A stretch of DNA of 64,000 nucleotides from an uncultured Clostridia bacterium (GTDB lineage Bacteria > Bacillota > Clostridia > Christensenellales > CAG-138). The stretch covers positions 79,987-143,986 of the forward strand of contig CAMVNO010000002.1 in the NCBI GenBank assembly GCA_947168855.1, in the 5' to 3' direction. The notes below the pieces were generated by a model. That model was not told the origin of the DNA, did no database searches, and saw only the letters and a list, made by a program, of their open reading frames with translations. Below are positions 19,840-28,974 of this stretch, piece after piece. Numbering within the stretch: the first letter of the stretch is position 1; each line of letters starts with the position of its first letter. Made by a program: the position numbers and the translations under genes.

Positions 19840-19966
19840 AATTATCATGCGCCGCAGGCGCTATTCATGACCGCAGGTCAATTCACGGCGCAGCCAATTC
19901 ATGCCGTCAGGCAATTCATTCGGTATATGAATCGCGCTTCGCGCATGAATTGCGGCTTTGCCGCAT
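19840..19966. repeat. Array of mini-hairpins joined by AATTCAT/ATGAATT linkers
   Basis: Four hairpins in one orientation and two in the opposite orientation; homologous array at 47365-47461. Confidence 0.8.
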
Positions 19967-19972
19967 GGCACC

Positions 19973-19996
19973 GTAGGGACGGGCAGTGCCCGTCCG
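19973..19996 (+). repeat. GTAG-type REP palindrome
   Basis: GTAG-GGACGGGCA-G-TGCCCGTCC-G; near-identical copy at 47170. Confidence 0.8.
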
Positions 19997-20002
19997 CACC
20001 TC

Positions 20003-20030
20003 TGTCATCCTGAGCGGGAGCGAAGGATCT
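20003..20030 (+). repeat. GTCATCCTGAG-family palindrome (half element)
   Basis: TGTCATCCTGAGCGGGAGCGAAGGATCT matches the reverse complement of 18017-18044. Confidence 0.7.
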
Positions 20031-20058
20031 TTACAAACAAATCATACAGGAGAAAACA

Positions 20059-20343
20059 ATGGAAGAACAAAACACACTGGTTACCTTGATCGACGAACAG
20101 GGCAGGGAGGTCGAGTTCGATCTCGTCGCCACGTTTGATTACGAGAAAAAACGCTACGCCGCGCTGATCCCGATCGACGAGGTCGAGAATGTCAACGAGG
20201 ACGAGGTCGTGATCCTCGAGGTCGTGAAGGACGCGGACGGCGAACGCTATCTGCCGATCGAAAACGACGTATTGCTCGACGAGGTCTTCAACGAGTTTCT
20301 GGAGATCCTCGACGAAATGGCGGACGGGGACGAGGAAGAGTAA
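20059..20343 (+). CDS. DUF1292 (YrzB-like) acidic protein
   Basis: VTLIDEQGREVEF...YAALIP; usual third gene of the ireB-ruvX operon. Confidence 0.85.
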   Translation: MEEQNTLVTLIDEQGREVEFDLVATFDYEKKRYAALIPIDEVENVNEDEVVILEVVKDADGERYLPIENDVLLDEVFNEFLEILDEMADGDEEE

Positions 20344-20360
20344 ACGGGAAAGCGTCATTT

Positions 20361-20386
20361 GGGGATCGGACGGCGATCCCCTTTTT
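20361..20386 (+). terminator. Intrinsic terminator
   Basis: GGGGATCG...CGATCCCCTTTTT. Confidence 0.75.
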
Positions 20387-20538
20387 CAACGGCTCAACCG
20401 CAGGGAGAGAGCAGATAACGACCAATCAACCGATACGCAACAGCCGGAAGCGGCGATTCAACCGACGGTTTCTGGAAAGCGCGGCTGCACTCTGCTATGC
20501 TGTTCCCGGCAAACGGAAGCTTCCGTCGGGAGGTAAAA

Positions 20539-21822
20539 ATGGAAAACGTATTTAAAAACCGAAATTACCGGCTCACCTTTTTCGGCGCGCTCGTTTCAAA
20601 CGTCGGCGCGCTGCTCTACAGCTTTGCGGTCAGCTTTTATATTCTGGAGATCACGGAGAACAACGCCTTTCTGCAGGGGCTGTATCTGGCGCTGTGCGGC
20701 GCGTTCAATCTGATCTTCACGCCGATCGGCGGCGTTCTGGGCGATCGGTTCCACAAAGGGAAGATCATGTTCGTCTGCGACTATCTGAAGGGCGGCGTGA
20801 TCCTGCTTGCGACGCTTGCGATGATCCTGCTGCAAAATCCGGCGGCGCATCTTGTGATCCTGTTTGCCGCGGGCATTCTCGGCAATGCGATCGGCGGCGT
20901 CTTTTCGCCCGCAAGCGGCGCGCTTTTGCCGCACATCGTGGAGGAGCGGCAGCTGCAGCAGGCAAACTCCTATTTTACCATTATGCAGTCGCTGCAGTCT
21001 ATCGTGGGCGTCGTGCTGGCGGGCGTGCTGTACGCGACGTTCCCGATCCATCTGCTGTTTCTGATCGTCGGCGTGTGCTACGTGGCTTCCGGCGTATCCG
21101 AGATGTTCATCCGCTATTCGCACGAGCGCAAGGAGGGAAAGCTGACGATCAAAAGCGCGCTCTCGGACTTCGGCGAGGGACTTCGGTATATCAAGGCGCA
21201 GAAGGCGCTGCTGGCGCTGATGGCGGCGATCCTGTTTATCAATTTCTTCTTCTCGCCGGTCGCGTCGAACTTCATTCCGTATTTTATCAAAACAGATCTG
21301 GCGACCGCGGAACACTATTTGCTTGACAGCCTGCTGAAGCCCGAGCTGTGGTCCTCGGTCCTGTCGGTGCTGATCGGGGTAAGCTCTATGGTCGGCGCGC
21401 TGATCCTGAGCGCGAGACCGCAGAAGGAAAAGGTCGGTCGATCGGTCTCCCGGTGGCTGTTCGGAATGGCGGTGATCCTTGCGCTGATGACTGCCGGATA
21501 CTGGATCCTTGTCGCACGGGGCGTTTCGCTCAACGCGTTCCTGATCCTGATGACAGTCGGATGCCTTTTGACCGGCGTCACCATCGTAAACATCAACGTC
21601 CCGACCACGACGACGCTCATGCGCATTGTGGACAAGAGCATGCTCAGCAAGGTCAACAGCGTCATCAGCATCTCCTCGCAGGGGCTGATCCCGATCGCTT
21701 CGGTGCTCGCTGGCGCGGTCCTGCAGGGGTTCGGCAGCACGGCGCTTTTGCTGACCTGCACGATCGGGTTCTTCGCTACGGCGCTTATGCTCCTGTTTAA
21801 TCGCAGAGTCGGGGAGATCTGA
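20539..21822 (+). CDS. MFS transporter (DHA3/macrolide-efflux-like)
   Basis: About 12 hydrophobic segments, GGVLGDRFHKGKIM motif A; GGAGG RBS before MENVFK. Confidence 0.85.
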   Translation: MENVFKNRNYRLTFFGALVSNVGALLYSFAVSFYILEITENNAFLQGLYLALCGAFNLIFTPIGGVLGDRFHKGKIMFVCDYLKGGVILLATLAMILLQNPAAHLVILFAAGILGNAIGGVFSPASGALLPHIVEERQLQQANSYFTIMQSLQSIVGVVLAGVLYATFPIHLLFLIVGVCYVASGVSEMFIRYSHERKEGKLTIKSALSDFGEGLRYIKAQKALLALMAAILFINFFFSPVASNFIPYFIKTDLATAEHYLLDSLLKPELWSSVLSVLIGVSSMVGALILSARPQKEKVGRSVSRWLFGMAVILALMTAGYWILVARGVSLNAFLILMTVGCLLTGVTIVNINVPTTTTLMRIVDKSMLSKVNSVISISSQGLIPIASVLAGAVLQGFGSTALLLTCTIGFFATALMLLFNRRVGEI

Positions 21823-21865
21823 GTAATAATCACCAAAAAACCCTGCAAAATCTGCATTTTGGGTC

Positions 21866-21894
21866 TTGCAATCGGGGAATGACCTGTGTATAAT
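21866..21894 (+). promoter_or_regulatory. sigmaA promoter of rpsB-tsf
   Basis: TTGCAA-N17-TATAAT. Confidence 0.75.
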
Positions 21895-21904
21895 AGGCAA
21901 GGTA

Positions 21905-21980
21905 TCACGCACTCCCGCGGATCCGGCGTCTCGTGCCCTCTGGGTTAACGCCTGTGTTTGAAACGGGAGGAGGACAAACA
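21905..21980 (+). promoter_or_regulatory. rpsB (S2) autoregulatory leader, t44-like
   Basis: CACGCAC-TCCCG...GTGCC...CGGGA-GGAGG-ACAAAC arrangement typical of rpsB leaders, between the promoter and rpsB. Confidence 0.6.
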
Positions 21981-22003
21981 AAAAACGAGGAGGTTTAATT
22001 ATC

Positions 22004-22744
22004 ATGTCCGTGATCTCAATGAAACAACTTTTGGAAGCAGGCGTCCATTTCGGACATCAGACCCGTCGCTGGAACCCGAAGATGAAGCAGTACATCTTCA
22101 CCGAGCGCAACGGTATCTACATCATCGACCTGCAGATGACCGTCAAGAAAATCGAAGAAGCGTATTACTTCATTCGTGACCTCGCGGCACAGGACAAGAC
22201 GATCCTGTTCGTCGGCACCAAGAAGCAGGCGCAGGAGAGCATTGAGCAGGAAGCAAAGCGCTGCGAAATGTTCTATGTCAACCAGCGTTGGCTCGGCGGC
22301 ATGCTGACCAACTGGAAGACCATCCAGACCCGCATCGCGCGTCTCAAGAAGATCGACCAGATGGAAGCGAACGGCGATTTCGATCTGCTCCCCAAGAAGG
22401 AAGTCATCGGTCTTCTGAACGAGCGTGAAAAGCTCGAGAAGAACCTCGGCGGCATCAAGGAAATGAAGAAGCTCCCGGCAGCGCTGTTTGTTGTCGACCC
22501 GCGCAAGGAGCACATCGCGATCGCAGAGGCGCGCAGCCTCGGTATTCCGATCGTTGCGATCATCGACACCAACTGTGACCCGGACGAGGTCGATTATCCG
22601 ATCCCCGGCAACGACGACGCGATCCGTGCGGTCAAGCTGATCGCTGCGAAGATGGCGGACGCCGTGCTCGAAGGCAAGCAGGGCGAGCAGATGACCGATG
22701 CGGCCGTCGAAGAGACCGAAGAAGAAACCGAAGAAGAAGCATAA
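22004..22744 (+). CDS. rpsB: 30S ribosomal protein S2
   Basis: [19 protein letters not shown]. Confidence 0.99.
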   Translation: MSVISMKQLLEAGVHFGHQTRRWNPKMKQYIFTERNGIYIIDLQMTVKKIEEAYYFIRDLAAQDKTILFVGTKKQAQESIEQEAKRCEMFYVNQRWLGGMLTNWKTIQTRIARLKKIDQMEANGDFDLLPKKEVIGLLNEREKLEKNLGGIKEMKKLPAALFVVDPRKEHIAIAEARSLGIPIVAIIDTNCDPDEVDYPIPGNDDAIRAVKLIAAKMADAVLEGKQGEQMTDAAVEETEEETEEEA

Positions 22745-22759
22745 TCGGGAGGTACTACC

Positions 22760-23644
22760 ATGAACTTTACCGCAAAAGACGTACAGGGACTGCGTGAGCG
22801 CACCGGCGCCGGCATGATGGACTGCAAGAAGGCGCTCGTGGAAACGAACGGCGACGTCGAAAAGGCGATCGACTTCCTGCGTGAGAAGGGCCTTGCGAAG
22901 GCCGCGAAGAAGGAAGGCCGCATTGCGGCGGAAGGTCTTGTTGCCGATTACCGCGAGGGCAATGTTGCCGCTCTGGTCGAGGTCAACTGCGAGACCGACT
23001 TCGTTGCGAAGACCGACCGGTTCAAGGATTTCGTCAAGATGATCGCAAAGCAGGTCGTGGAAGCGAACCCCGCAGATCTCGAAGCGCTGATGGCAAGCGA
23101 GATCGACGGTCAGACCGTGCAGGCGCTGCAGACCGCAGCGGTTGCGGAGATCGGTGAAAAGATCACGATCCGCCGCTTCGTCCGCATGGAAGGCGCAGTC
23201 GACACGTACATCCACCTCGGCGGCAGCCGCGGCGTCCTCGTGCAGTTTGCAGAGGAATGCGATCGCGAAGCCATGCACGACGTGGCGCTGCAGATCGCGG
23301 CGGCTTCTCCCGTCTGCGTAGACGTTCAGAGCCTCCCGCAGGAGTTCATCGACCATGAGCGCGCCGTCCAGCTGGCAGCCGCGAAGGAAGAGAACGCGAA
23401 CGCCGCAAAGCCGAAGCCCGACGCAATCATTGAGAAGATGGTCGACGGCCGTATGCAGAAATACTATAAGGAAGTCTGCCTCGAGGAACAGCAGTTCGTC
23501 AAGAACCCGGACGTCACCATCAAGGAGATGCTGAAAGCAAAGAACGCGTCCAAGGTTCTCGCGTTTGTCCGTTACGAGAAGGGCGAGGGCATCGAGAAGC
23601 GCAAGGACAATTTCGCGGAAGAAATCGCGAACATGACCAAATAA
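22760..23644 (+). CDS. tsf: Elongation factor Ts
   Basis: LRERTGAGMMDCKKAL, EVNCETDFVAK. Confidence 0.98.
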   Translation: MNFTAKDVQGLRERTGAGMMDCKKALVETNGDVEKAIDFLREKGLAKAAKKEGRIAAEGLVADYREGNVAALVEVNCETDFVAKTDRFKDFVKMIAKQVVEANPADLEALMASEIDGQTVQALQTAAVAEIGEKITIRRFVRMEGAVDTYIHLGGSRGVLVQFAEECDREAMHDVALQIAAASPVCVDVQSLPQEFIDHERAVQLAAAKEENANAAKPKPDAIIEKMVDGRMQKYYKEVCLEEQQFVKNPDVTIKEMLKAKNASKVLAFVRYEKGEGIEKRKDNFAEEIANMTK

Positions 23645-23657
23645 GTTCCCGAATACG

Positions 23658-23685
23658 AAAAAGCACCGGTTTCCCGGTGCTTTTT
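23658..23685. terminator. Bidirectional terminator after tsf
   Basis: AAAAAGCACCGG-TTTC-CCGGTGCTTTTT. Confidence 0.8.
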
Positions 23686-23726
23686 CTGTTGCATGCATGT
23701 ATTTGTGTACCCTGTAAGGATGGGGG

Positions 23727-24362
23727 TTAACTGAAATGAATGACGCCGTCGAGCTTATATTTCCGGTACCGTTTCGCAAACGTTGCGATGGAGCAGACGA
23801 TCGGCTCGCCTTCCTTATAGCGCTTGCCGTTAACGGTCTGCGCGTAGCTGTCGGAGAAATAGACCATGCCGTTTTCGATGCCGTGGATGAACATCACATG
23901 TCCGTACCGCTTTCCCGCTTTGCTCGTGCCCTTCTCAAAACCGACGAGAATGTTCCGTGCGTGCGGATCCTCCCGCGCAATCGCTTCGAGCGCTTCCTGC
24001 AGCGTATACTGCTTTGCCGGGTATGCGGTGATCCGGTAGCCGCCGCTTGTTTCCGTTTTCTTCCGGTAGATATCAAACGCGCGGTTTCCGTTGCTGCCGA
24101 CATACTTTTTATTGATGCCGAGCTTAACAAGCTGCAGTCCGACATAATAGCCGCACTTTCCCTTAAAGGATTTCCGGCGCGCTGACTTTTTCGCTTTTTT
24201 GTAGATCGAACGGATCTGTTCGATAAGGTCCTCGTTTTTTTCTTCATACGCGGCGCGCGCCATCACTGTCAAAATGTCCGCAGATGCCGGTCGTTCGATC
24301 AGCGGGGAGAGCAGGCAAAGCGCAGCCGTCGCGATTACGGCGAAACGCCTCAGTGTTTTCAT
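23727..24362 (-). CDS. Secreted basic protein with a CHAP-like Cys/His hydrolase domain
   Basis: Signal peptide; GKCGYYV...GSNGN...YGHVMFI...YFSDS matches the CHAP C...GHV...SE layout; AGGAGGTG RBS. Confidence 0.6.
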   Translation of the reverse strand: MKTLRRFAVIATAALCLLSPLIERPASADILTVMARAAYEEKNEDLIEQIRSIYKKAKKSARRKSFKGKCGYYVGLQLVKLGINKKYVGSNGNRAFDIYRKKTETSGGYRITAYPAKQYTLQEALEAIAREDPHARNILVGFEKGTSKAGKRYGHVMFIHGIENGMVYFSDSYAQTVNGKRYKEGEPIVCSIATFAKRYRKYKLDGVIHFS

Positions 24363-24571
24363 ACGATCCACCTCCTGTGAGCGGTATCGTAGCACACTTT
24401 TTTTCGCTTGTGCCGGTTTTCGATGTTTCTTTATAATGTGTTTTCAAAATATCCGATTGTTCATCCCGGTGTTACAAATTCGCCCAAATATCGCCGATTT
24501 TCCTTCACGGAACGGTCAAAAATGAAAGCGGCGCGGGGATCGCCCGCACCGCGCAAATCGACAGATTTTGC

Positions 24572-25933
24572 TTAAGGAGCCGGAGTGGAAGGCGCCGCCG
24601 AAGCGGCAGAAGAGTCGTCATATGCGTACACCTTGCGCAGGCCGTATTTCTTTTCGTCGTGCTTGTGGGTCACAAATTCGCTGAGGCAGAAATGCATTGC
24701 GTCGCTCGTTGATTTGTAATAATGCGCCCAATCGAAGCCGGCGCGGAAGAAGCCGAACTCGTAGAGCAGATAGTTCACGCAGGTCTCCGGCACGCCGTTC
24801 GGATCGCATTTATATGTGCCGTCATAGGTGAAGTCATAGTATTTCACGCCGTCCTGTTCGAGAATGCCGTTGTAAACGAGATGATCCTTGACGTCGTTGT
24901 CGATGACGGCGTGGTTCTTTTCGTTGTTCTTGTTCGGGTCCATCGAAGCATTCAGGTCGACCGCGGTGCCGAACGTGTGGTGACTGATCGCCTTCAGGCT
25001 CGACGTAAACCGCGAGACATAGCATCCGTTATACTCCGTAATCAGCGCAATGGCTTTGATCACGCCGGTGTCGCCGTTTGTGCCGTGCACGCGCACGGAG
25101 GTCGATGTGAGATAACGGAACGCCTTTTCAAAGTACGGCTTGGCGTCAACGTGGACAAACCACGTCGTCCCTTCGGGATAGCCCGGGATTTCGGTGATGT
25201 AGGTTTTTTCCCATTCGGGATCGGCAACGATATATCGGCCGTTCACCCACTGATAGCGATACAGGAAGCGCTCGTCCGAACCGAAGAATTTCAGCGCCTC
25301 CGGATAGGAATCGGGGAAGGTTTTGCGCGTGATCTGCTCCCATTCGTCGCCGAGCACATAGAAGCTGCAGCGGAACAGTTCAACGCCGCGCGTGCCTTTG
25401 ACTGCCGCGGTGATCTTCAGCGTGTGTACGCCGACCAGCAGCTCGGAGAAATCGACCAGCGAGGAGAGGGGCGTTCCCTCGTCGTTCGCCGCGTCCGTCA
25501 GCGTATATACACCGGCGGTCTGCTGCCTGAAATGAACTGTTTTTTTGTACGGATACGGGTTTTTGTTGTTGTGGGAACAGGTGATCGTTACACTCACGCT
25601 GTCCAGCGGATAATTCGAATAGATCGTGCCGCCGATCGTATATGTGCCGCCGAGCGGAAGCTCTGCGCCGTCCTCGGGCAGCGGGTGTTCCCGGTCGGCA
25701 ACGAAACGCAGCGAAAGATCCGGCGGCGGCGTCGCCTCCGTCGAAAGCGCAACGGCGCCTTCCTCGATCACCTCAATGCTTTCCGCACGGTCCGAGAGAT
25801 CGGGATCGTCAAGCAGCGTCGCTGCTGCGGGACGCGTCAGAACGGCGATCAAAAACAGAGCCGCGCACAGCAGAATGCCCGTGAGCACGCCGATCAGGAC
25901 GGTTTGCTTTTTAGTCCATTCGGGGATTTTCAA
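24572..25933 (-). CDS. Membrane-anchored M15-family zinc peptidase
   Basis: N-terminal TM; SHHTFGTAVD (SxHxxGxAxD) and DAMHF motifs. Confidence 0.7.
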   Translation of the reverse strand: MKIPEWTKKQTVLIGVLTGILLCAALFLIAVLTRPAAATLLDDPDLSDRAESIEVIEEGAVALSTEATPPPDLSLRFVADREHPLPEDGAELPLGGTYTIGGTIYSNYPLDSVSVTITCSHNNKNPYPYKKTVHFRQQTAGVYTLTDAANDEGTPLSSLVDFSELLVGVHTLKITAAVKGTRGVELFRCSFYVLGDEWEQITRKTFPDSYPEALKFFGSDERFLYRYQWVNGRYIVADPEWEKTYITEIPGYPEGTTWFVHVDAKPYFEKAFRYLTSTSVRVHGTNGDTGVIKAIALITEYNGCYVSRFTSSLKAISHHTFGTAVDLNASMDPNKNNEKNHAVIDNDVKDHLVYNGILEQDGVKYYDFTYDGTYKCDPNGVPETCVNYLLYEFGFFRAGFDWAHYYKSTSDAMHFCLSEFVTHKHDEKKYGLRKVYAYDDSSAASAAPSTPAP

Positions 25934-26042
25934 GGAAGGTTCCTTTCTGAGGGCTTCAAACGGTCGGAACGCCTCGACTCAATATCTTATTATACCATTT
26001 GAATTGCACAAGTTTGTCAACAGAGTGTGAACAATCCAAATG

Positions 26043-26073
26043 AAAAAACCCGTCCGGCTTGCGGACGGGCGTT
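26043..26073 (-). terminator. Terminator after the yegP-like gene
   Basis: CCCGTCCG...CGGACGGG hairpin followed by a T-run on the minus strand. Confidence 0.7.
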
Positions 26074-26084
26074 TGTGCGAACAG

Positions 26085-26462
26085 TTAGCCTTCGACCTTG
26101 ACGACGGGCGCTTCGGGCGCATTCTTCCTGATGCTCTCGATGCCCTTCAGGCAGCTTGCCTTTGCTTTGTAGCTTTCGCCGGTCGCGACGATTTCGCCGT
26201 TCTTTGCTTTCAGACGGAAGCGGAATTCGCCCGCCTTGTCCTTGTAAACTTCAAACTTCGGATGCTTTTTGACCTCGAAGCCTTCCACGGTCTGATCCTC
26301 GATCTCGCCGAGGCAGGACTTTCTGACGCTCTCAATACCGTTCATGCAGGCCTTTTCGGTGGTATAGATCTCGCTGACCGCGATGATCTCGCCGTTTCCG
26401 GCTTTCAGATTGAACTTGATACCGGACTTCATTTCTTTGACTTCAAACTTTCCCATGATCAT
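26085..26462 (-). CDS. YegP family protein (two DUF1508 repeats)
   Basis: FNLKAGNGEIIAVSE and FRLKAKNGEIVATGE repeats; start at 26462 or 26456. Confidence 0.9.
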   Translation of the reverse strand: MIMGKFEVKEMKSGIKFNLKAGNGEIIAVSEIYTTEKACMNGIESVRKSCLGEIEDQTVEGFEVKKHPKFEVYKDKAGEFRFRLKAKNGEIVATGESYKAKASCLKGIESIRKNAPEAPVVKVEG

Positions 26463-26549
26463 GTTCCTTTCTGCTTTGAAATTTGACGGGCAAACGGTCC
26501 GCCGCGCGCATGTTCGTACCGATTCGGGCTTGTGCCCGTTTCTGAATTC

Positions 26550-26578
26550 AGTATAAACCCGACCGAAATCGTTGTCAA
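26550..26578 (-). promoter_or_regulatory. sigmaA promoter of the yegP-like gene
   Basis: TTGACA-N17-TATACT on the minus strand. Confidence 0.7.
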
Positions 26579-26674
26579 GAAAAACGGGCGTAAATTTATG
26601 CCCGTTTCGACAGTTTTCACAGACCGGAGGCGCGCCGCATACATTAGGGACAGAACCGCGAAAGGAGAGCTTGC

Positions 26675-27433
26675 ATGCATGCGGATGTGATCAAAGGTCT
26701 GATGCTGCCCTTTGCGGGCACGTCGCTCGGCGCCGCGGGAGTGCTCGTTCTGAAAAGCGGTTTGTCAAGGCGGATCGGCGGACTGCTTTCGGATACGGCG
26801 GCGGGCATTATGGCGGCTGCCGCCGTGTTCAGCCTGCTGCTGCCCGCCATGGAACAGGCGGCGAACAGGGGAATGGCGCCGTGGCTTCCCGCATGTGCGG
26901 GATTTCTGCTCGGCGCGGGGCTTCTTGCGCTTTGGGATCGGTTTTCTGCGCGCCGGGAGCAGGCGGGGCGCGTTTCGCATTCTACGCGGATGCTGGTGCT
27001 GTCGGTCAGCCTGCACAACATTCCGGAGGGCATGGCGGTGGGCGCCGTGTATGCGGGACTGCTTGCCGGAGACGGGACCGTGACCGCCATGAGCGCGTTT
27101 GCGCTGGCGCTCGGGATCGCGCTCCAGAACCTGCCGGAAGGCGCGATCATCTCGCTGCCGCTGCACGCGGCGGGGATCGGTCGGGGAAAGGCGTTTCTGT
27201 ACGGCGTGCTGTCCGGCGTTTCCGAACCGATCGCAGGCGTTCTGACGATCCTGCTCGCGCGGTTCGCCGTGCCCGCGCTGCCGTGGCTTCTGAGCTTTGC
27301 CGCCGGCGCGATGGCGTATGTGACGGGCTTTGAACTGCTGCCCGAGACGATGAAAGAGCGCCCCCTTTCGGGAACGCTCTGCGTGCTCGGCGGTTTTGCC
27401 CTGATGACCGGCATGGATGTTTTGCTCGGCTAA
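26675..27433 (+). CDS. ZIP family metal transporter (ZupT/GufA-like)
   Basis: LHNIPEGMAVG and IALQNLPEG motifs. Confidence 0.88.
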   Translation: MHADVIKGLMLPFAGTSLGAAGVLVLKSGLSRRIGGLLSDTAAGIMAAAAVFSLLLPAMEQAANRGMAPWLPACAGFLLGAGLLALWDRFSARREQAGRVSHSTRMLVLSVSLHNIPEGMAVGAVYAGLLAGDGTVTAMSAFALALGIALQNLPEGAIISLPLHAAGIGRGKAFLYGVLSGVSEPIAGVLTILLARFAVPALPWLLSFAAGAMAYVTGFELLPETMKERPLSGTLCVLGGFALMTGMDVLLG

Positions 27434-28974
27434 AGCGTCGACGTGTCAAACGGAACAAGACCCGCTTCCGTGAGCTTCAGCACGCGCGTCGCCGCTTCTT
27501 TGATCAGCTTGCGGTCGTGCGTGACCATCAGGATCGCGCCGCGGAATTCTCTGAGAAGCGTGCGCACCGCGGGCGCGGACAGCGGGCTCAGGTTTCGTGT
27601 CGGCTCGTCGAGCACCAGCACGTCCGCGCGGTCGAGGATCGCCTGTAATAAAAGCAGCTTTGCCTGCTGACCGCCGGAGAGAGCCCGGATCGGGTGCGAC
27701 ATCTCGTCGGTCGTGTACTTCATGCTGCCGAGGAAGATCCGCGCTTCGGTCACGGAATCCTTGTCCCCGCCCGGCGCGAGAAACTCGACCGGAAGCCGGC
27801 TTAAAGGCAGCAGATCGGAATAGACCTGCGGCATATAGAACACGTTGTATCCGCGCGCTTCGATCTCCGGCACAAGCTTTTTCAAGAGCGCCGATTTGCC
27901 GCAGCCGTTGCGCCCGACAATCGTAACGCGCTCCGGTCCCGAAATGCGCAGCGCGACGTTTTCCGAGAGCACGCGATCCCCGAGGGAAAGCGTTTCGGGA
28001 CCGTATTCGAGCACGGTTTTTCCGTTTTTGACTTCGCCGCCGAGCCATTTCGGCAGGATCGCCCATTCGGCTTCCGGCGCCTCGGTCAGGTTTTCCTGCT
28101 CCTTTTCGAGCCGCCTGCCGATCGACATGACCGTATGCATCTTCTTTTTGAGCAGCCGACCGGTCGAAGGATCCTGCCGCGTGAGCGTTGCCTGCGCGTG
28201 ATCGACGGCGTTGTAGATCGAAAGGTACCGTTCCTTCTTTTCACGGAACGCCTTCTGCTCGAACTGCGCGACCTGCGCCTGATGCTCGAACGCCGCGTCG
28301 CGCCGGCGCATGTATTCATCGTACGGAATGTTCGCCGCCGTCGCCCGCGGGATCTTCTTGCGCCGCACCATTTCAAGATGGATCACCGCTTCCGCCGTGC
28401 GCGAAAGAAGCACCTCGTCGTGCGAGATGTAAAGAACCGTTTTTTTGACGGAGCATAAAAACCGCTCAAGCCATGCGAGCGTATCGAGATCGAGGTCGTT
28501 GCTCGGCTCGTCCAGAAGGAGGACGTCGCAGTCGTTCAGAAGCAGCGCCGCAAGCGCGATCTTTACGCGCTCGCCGCCGGACAGCGTTCCCATCTGCTGA
28601 TCGGAATATGCGAGGTCATAGGGGAGGTCGACGTCCTTCATCACGCGGGAAAGCGCCTTCGGGGTAAACGCATCCTCCCGGCAGTGCGCGCAGAGATACT
28701 CGTAAACGGACAGCGCGCGCTCCCGCTCGGGCAGCTCCTGCGCAAGATATCCCTTTGTGCCGGGGATGGACGCAGTCCCGGTGACCGTTGCATAGCCTTC
28801 GACGAGCGCGGGATCATAGAGCCATTTCAGGATCGTCGACTTGCCGTTGCCCTCCTCGCCGATCAGCGCGATCTTCGCGCCGTCCGGGACGGTAAAGGAA
28901 AGGTCCTCGACGATCGTTTTGACGTCACGGTCGATCGTGACGGTGATGTTTCTTGCCTGTATCGTATCAATCAC
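27430..28974 (-). CDS. ABC-F family ATPase (ribosome-associated)
   Basis: Two NBDs (GEEGNGKS/LSGGE/LDEP and GRNGCGKS/LSGGQ/LDEP) joined by a helical linker; no TM segments. Confidence 0.85.
   Translation of the reverse strand: MIDTIQARNITVTIDRDVKTIVEDLSFTVPDGAKIALIGEEGNGKSTILKWLYDPALVEGYATVTGTASIPGTKGYLAQELPERERALSVYEYLCAHCREDAFTPKALSRVMKDVDLPYDLAYSDQQMGTLSGGERVKIALAALLLNDCDVLLLDEPSNDLDLDTLAWLERFLCSVKKTVLYISHDEVLLSRTAEAVIHLEMVRRKKIPRATAANIPYDEYMRRRDAAFEHQAQVAQFEQKAFREKKERYLSIYNAVDHAQATLTRQDPSTGRLLKKKMHTVMSIGRRLEKEQENLTEAPEAEWAILPKWLGGEVKNGKTVLEYGPETLSLGDRVLSENVALRISGPERVTIVGRNGCGKSALLKKLVPEIEARGYNVFYMPQVYSDLLPLSRLPVEFLAPGGDKDSVTEARIFLGSMKYTTDEMSHPIRALSGGQQAKLLLLQAILDRADVLVLDEPTRNLSPLSAPAVRTLLREFRGAILMVTHDRKLIKEAATRVLKLTEAGLVPFDTSTL

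Noticed and set aside
19840-19966. Hairpin arrays (also 47365-47461) as CRISPR arrays
   Set aside because: The constant part is only 7 nt, the variable parts are 9-13-nt self-complementary stems, and no cas genes are present
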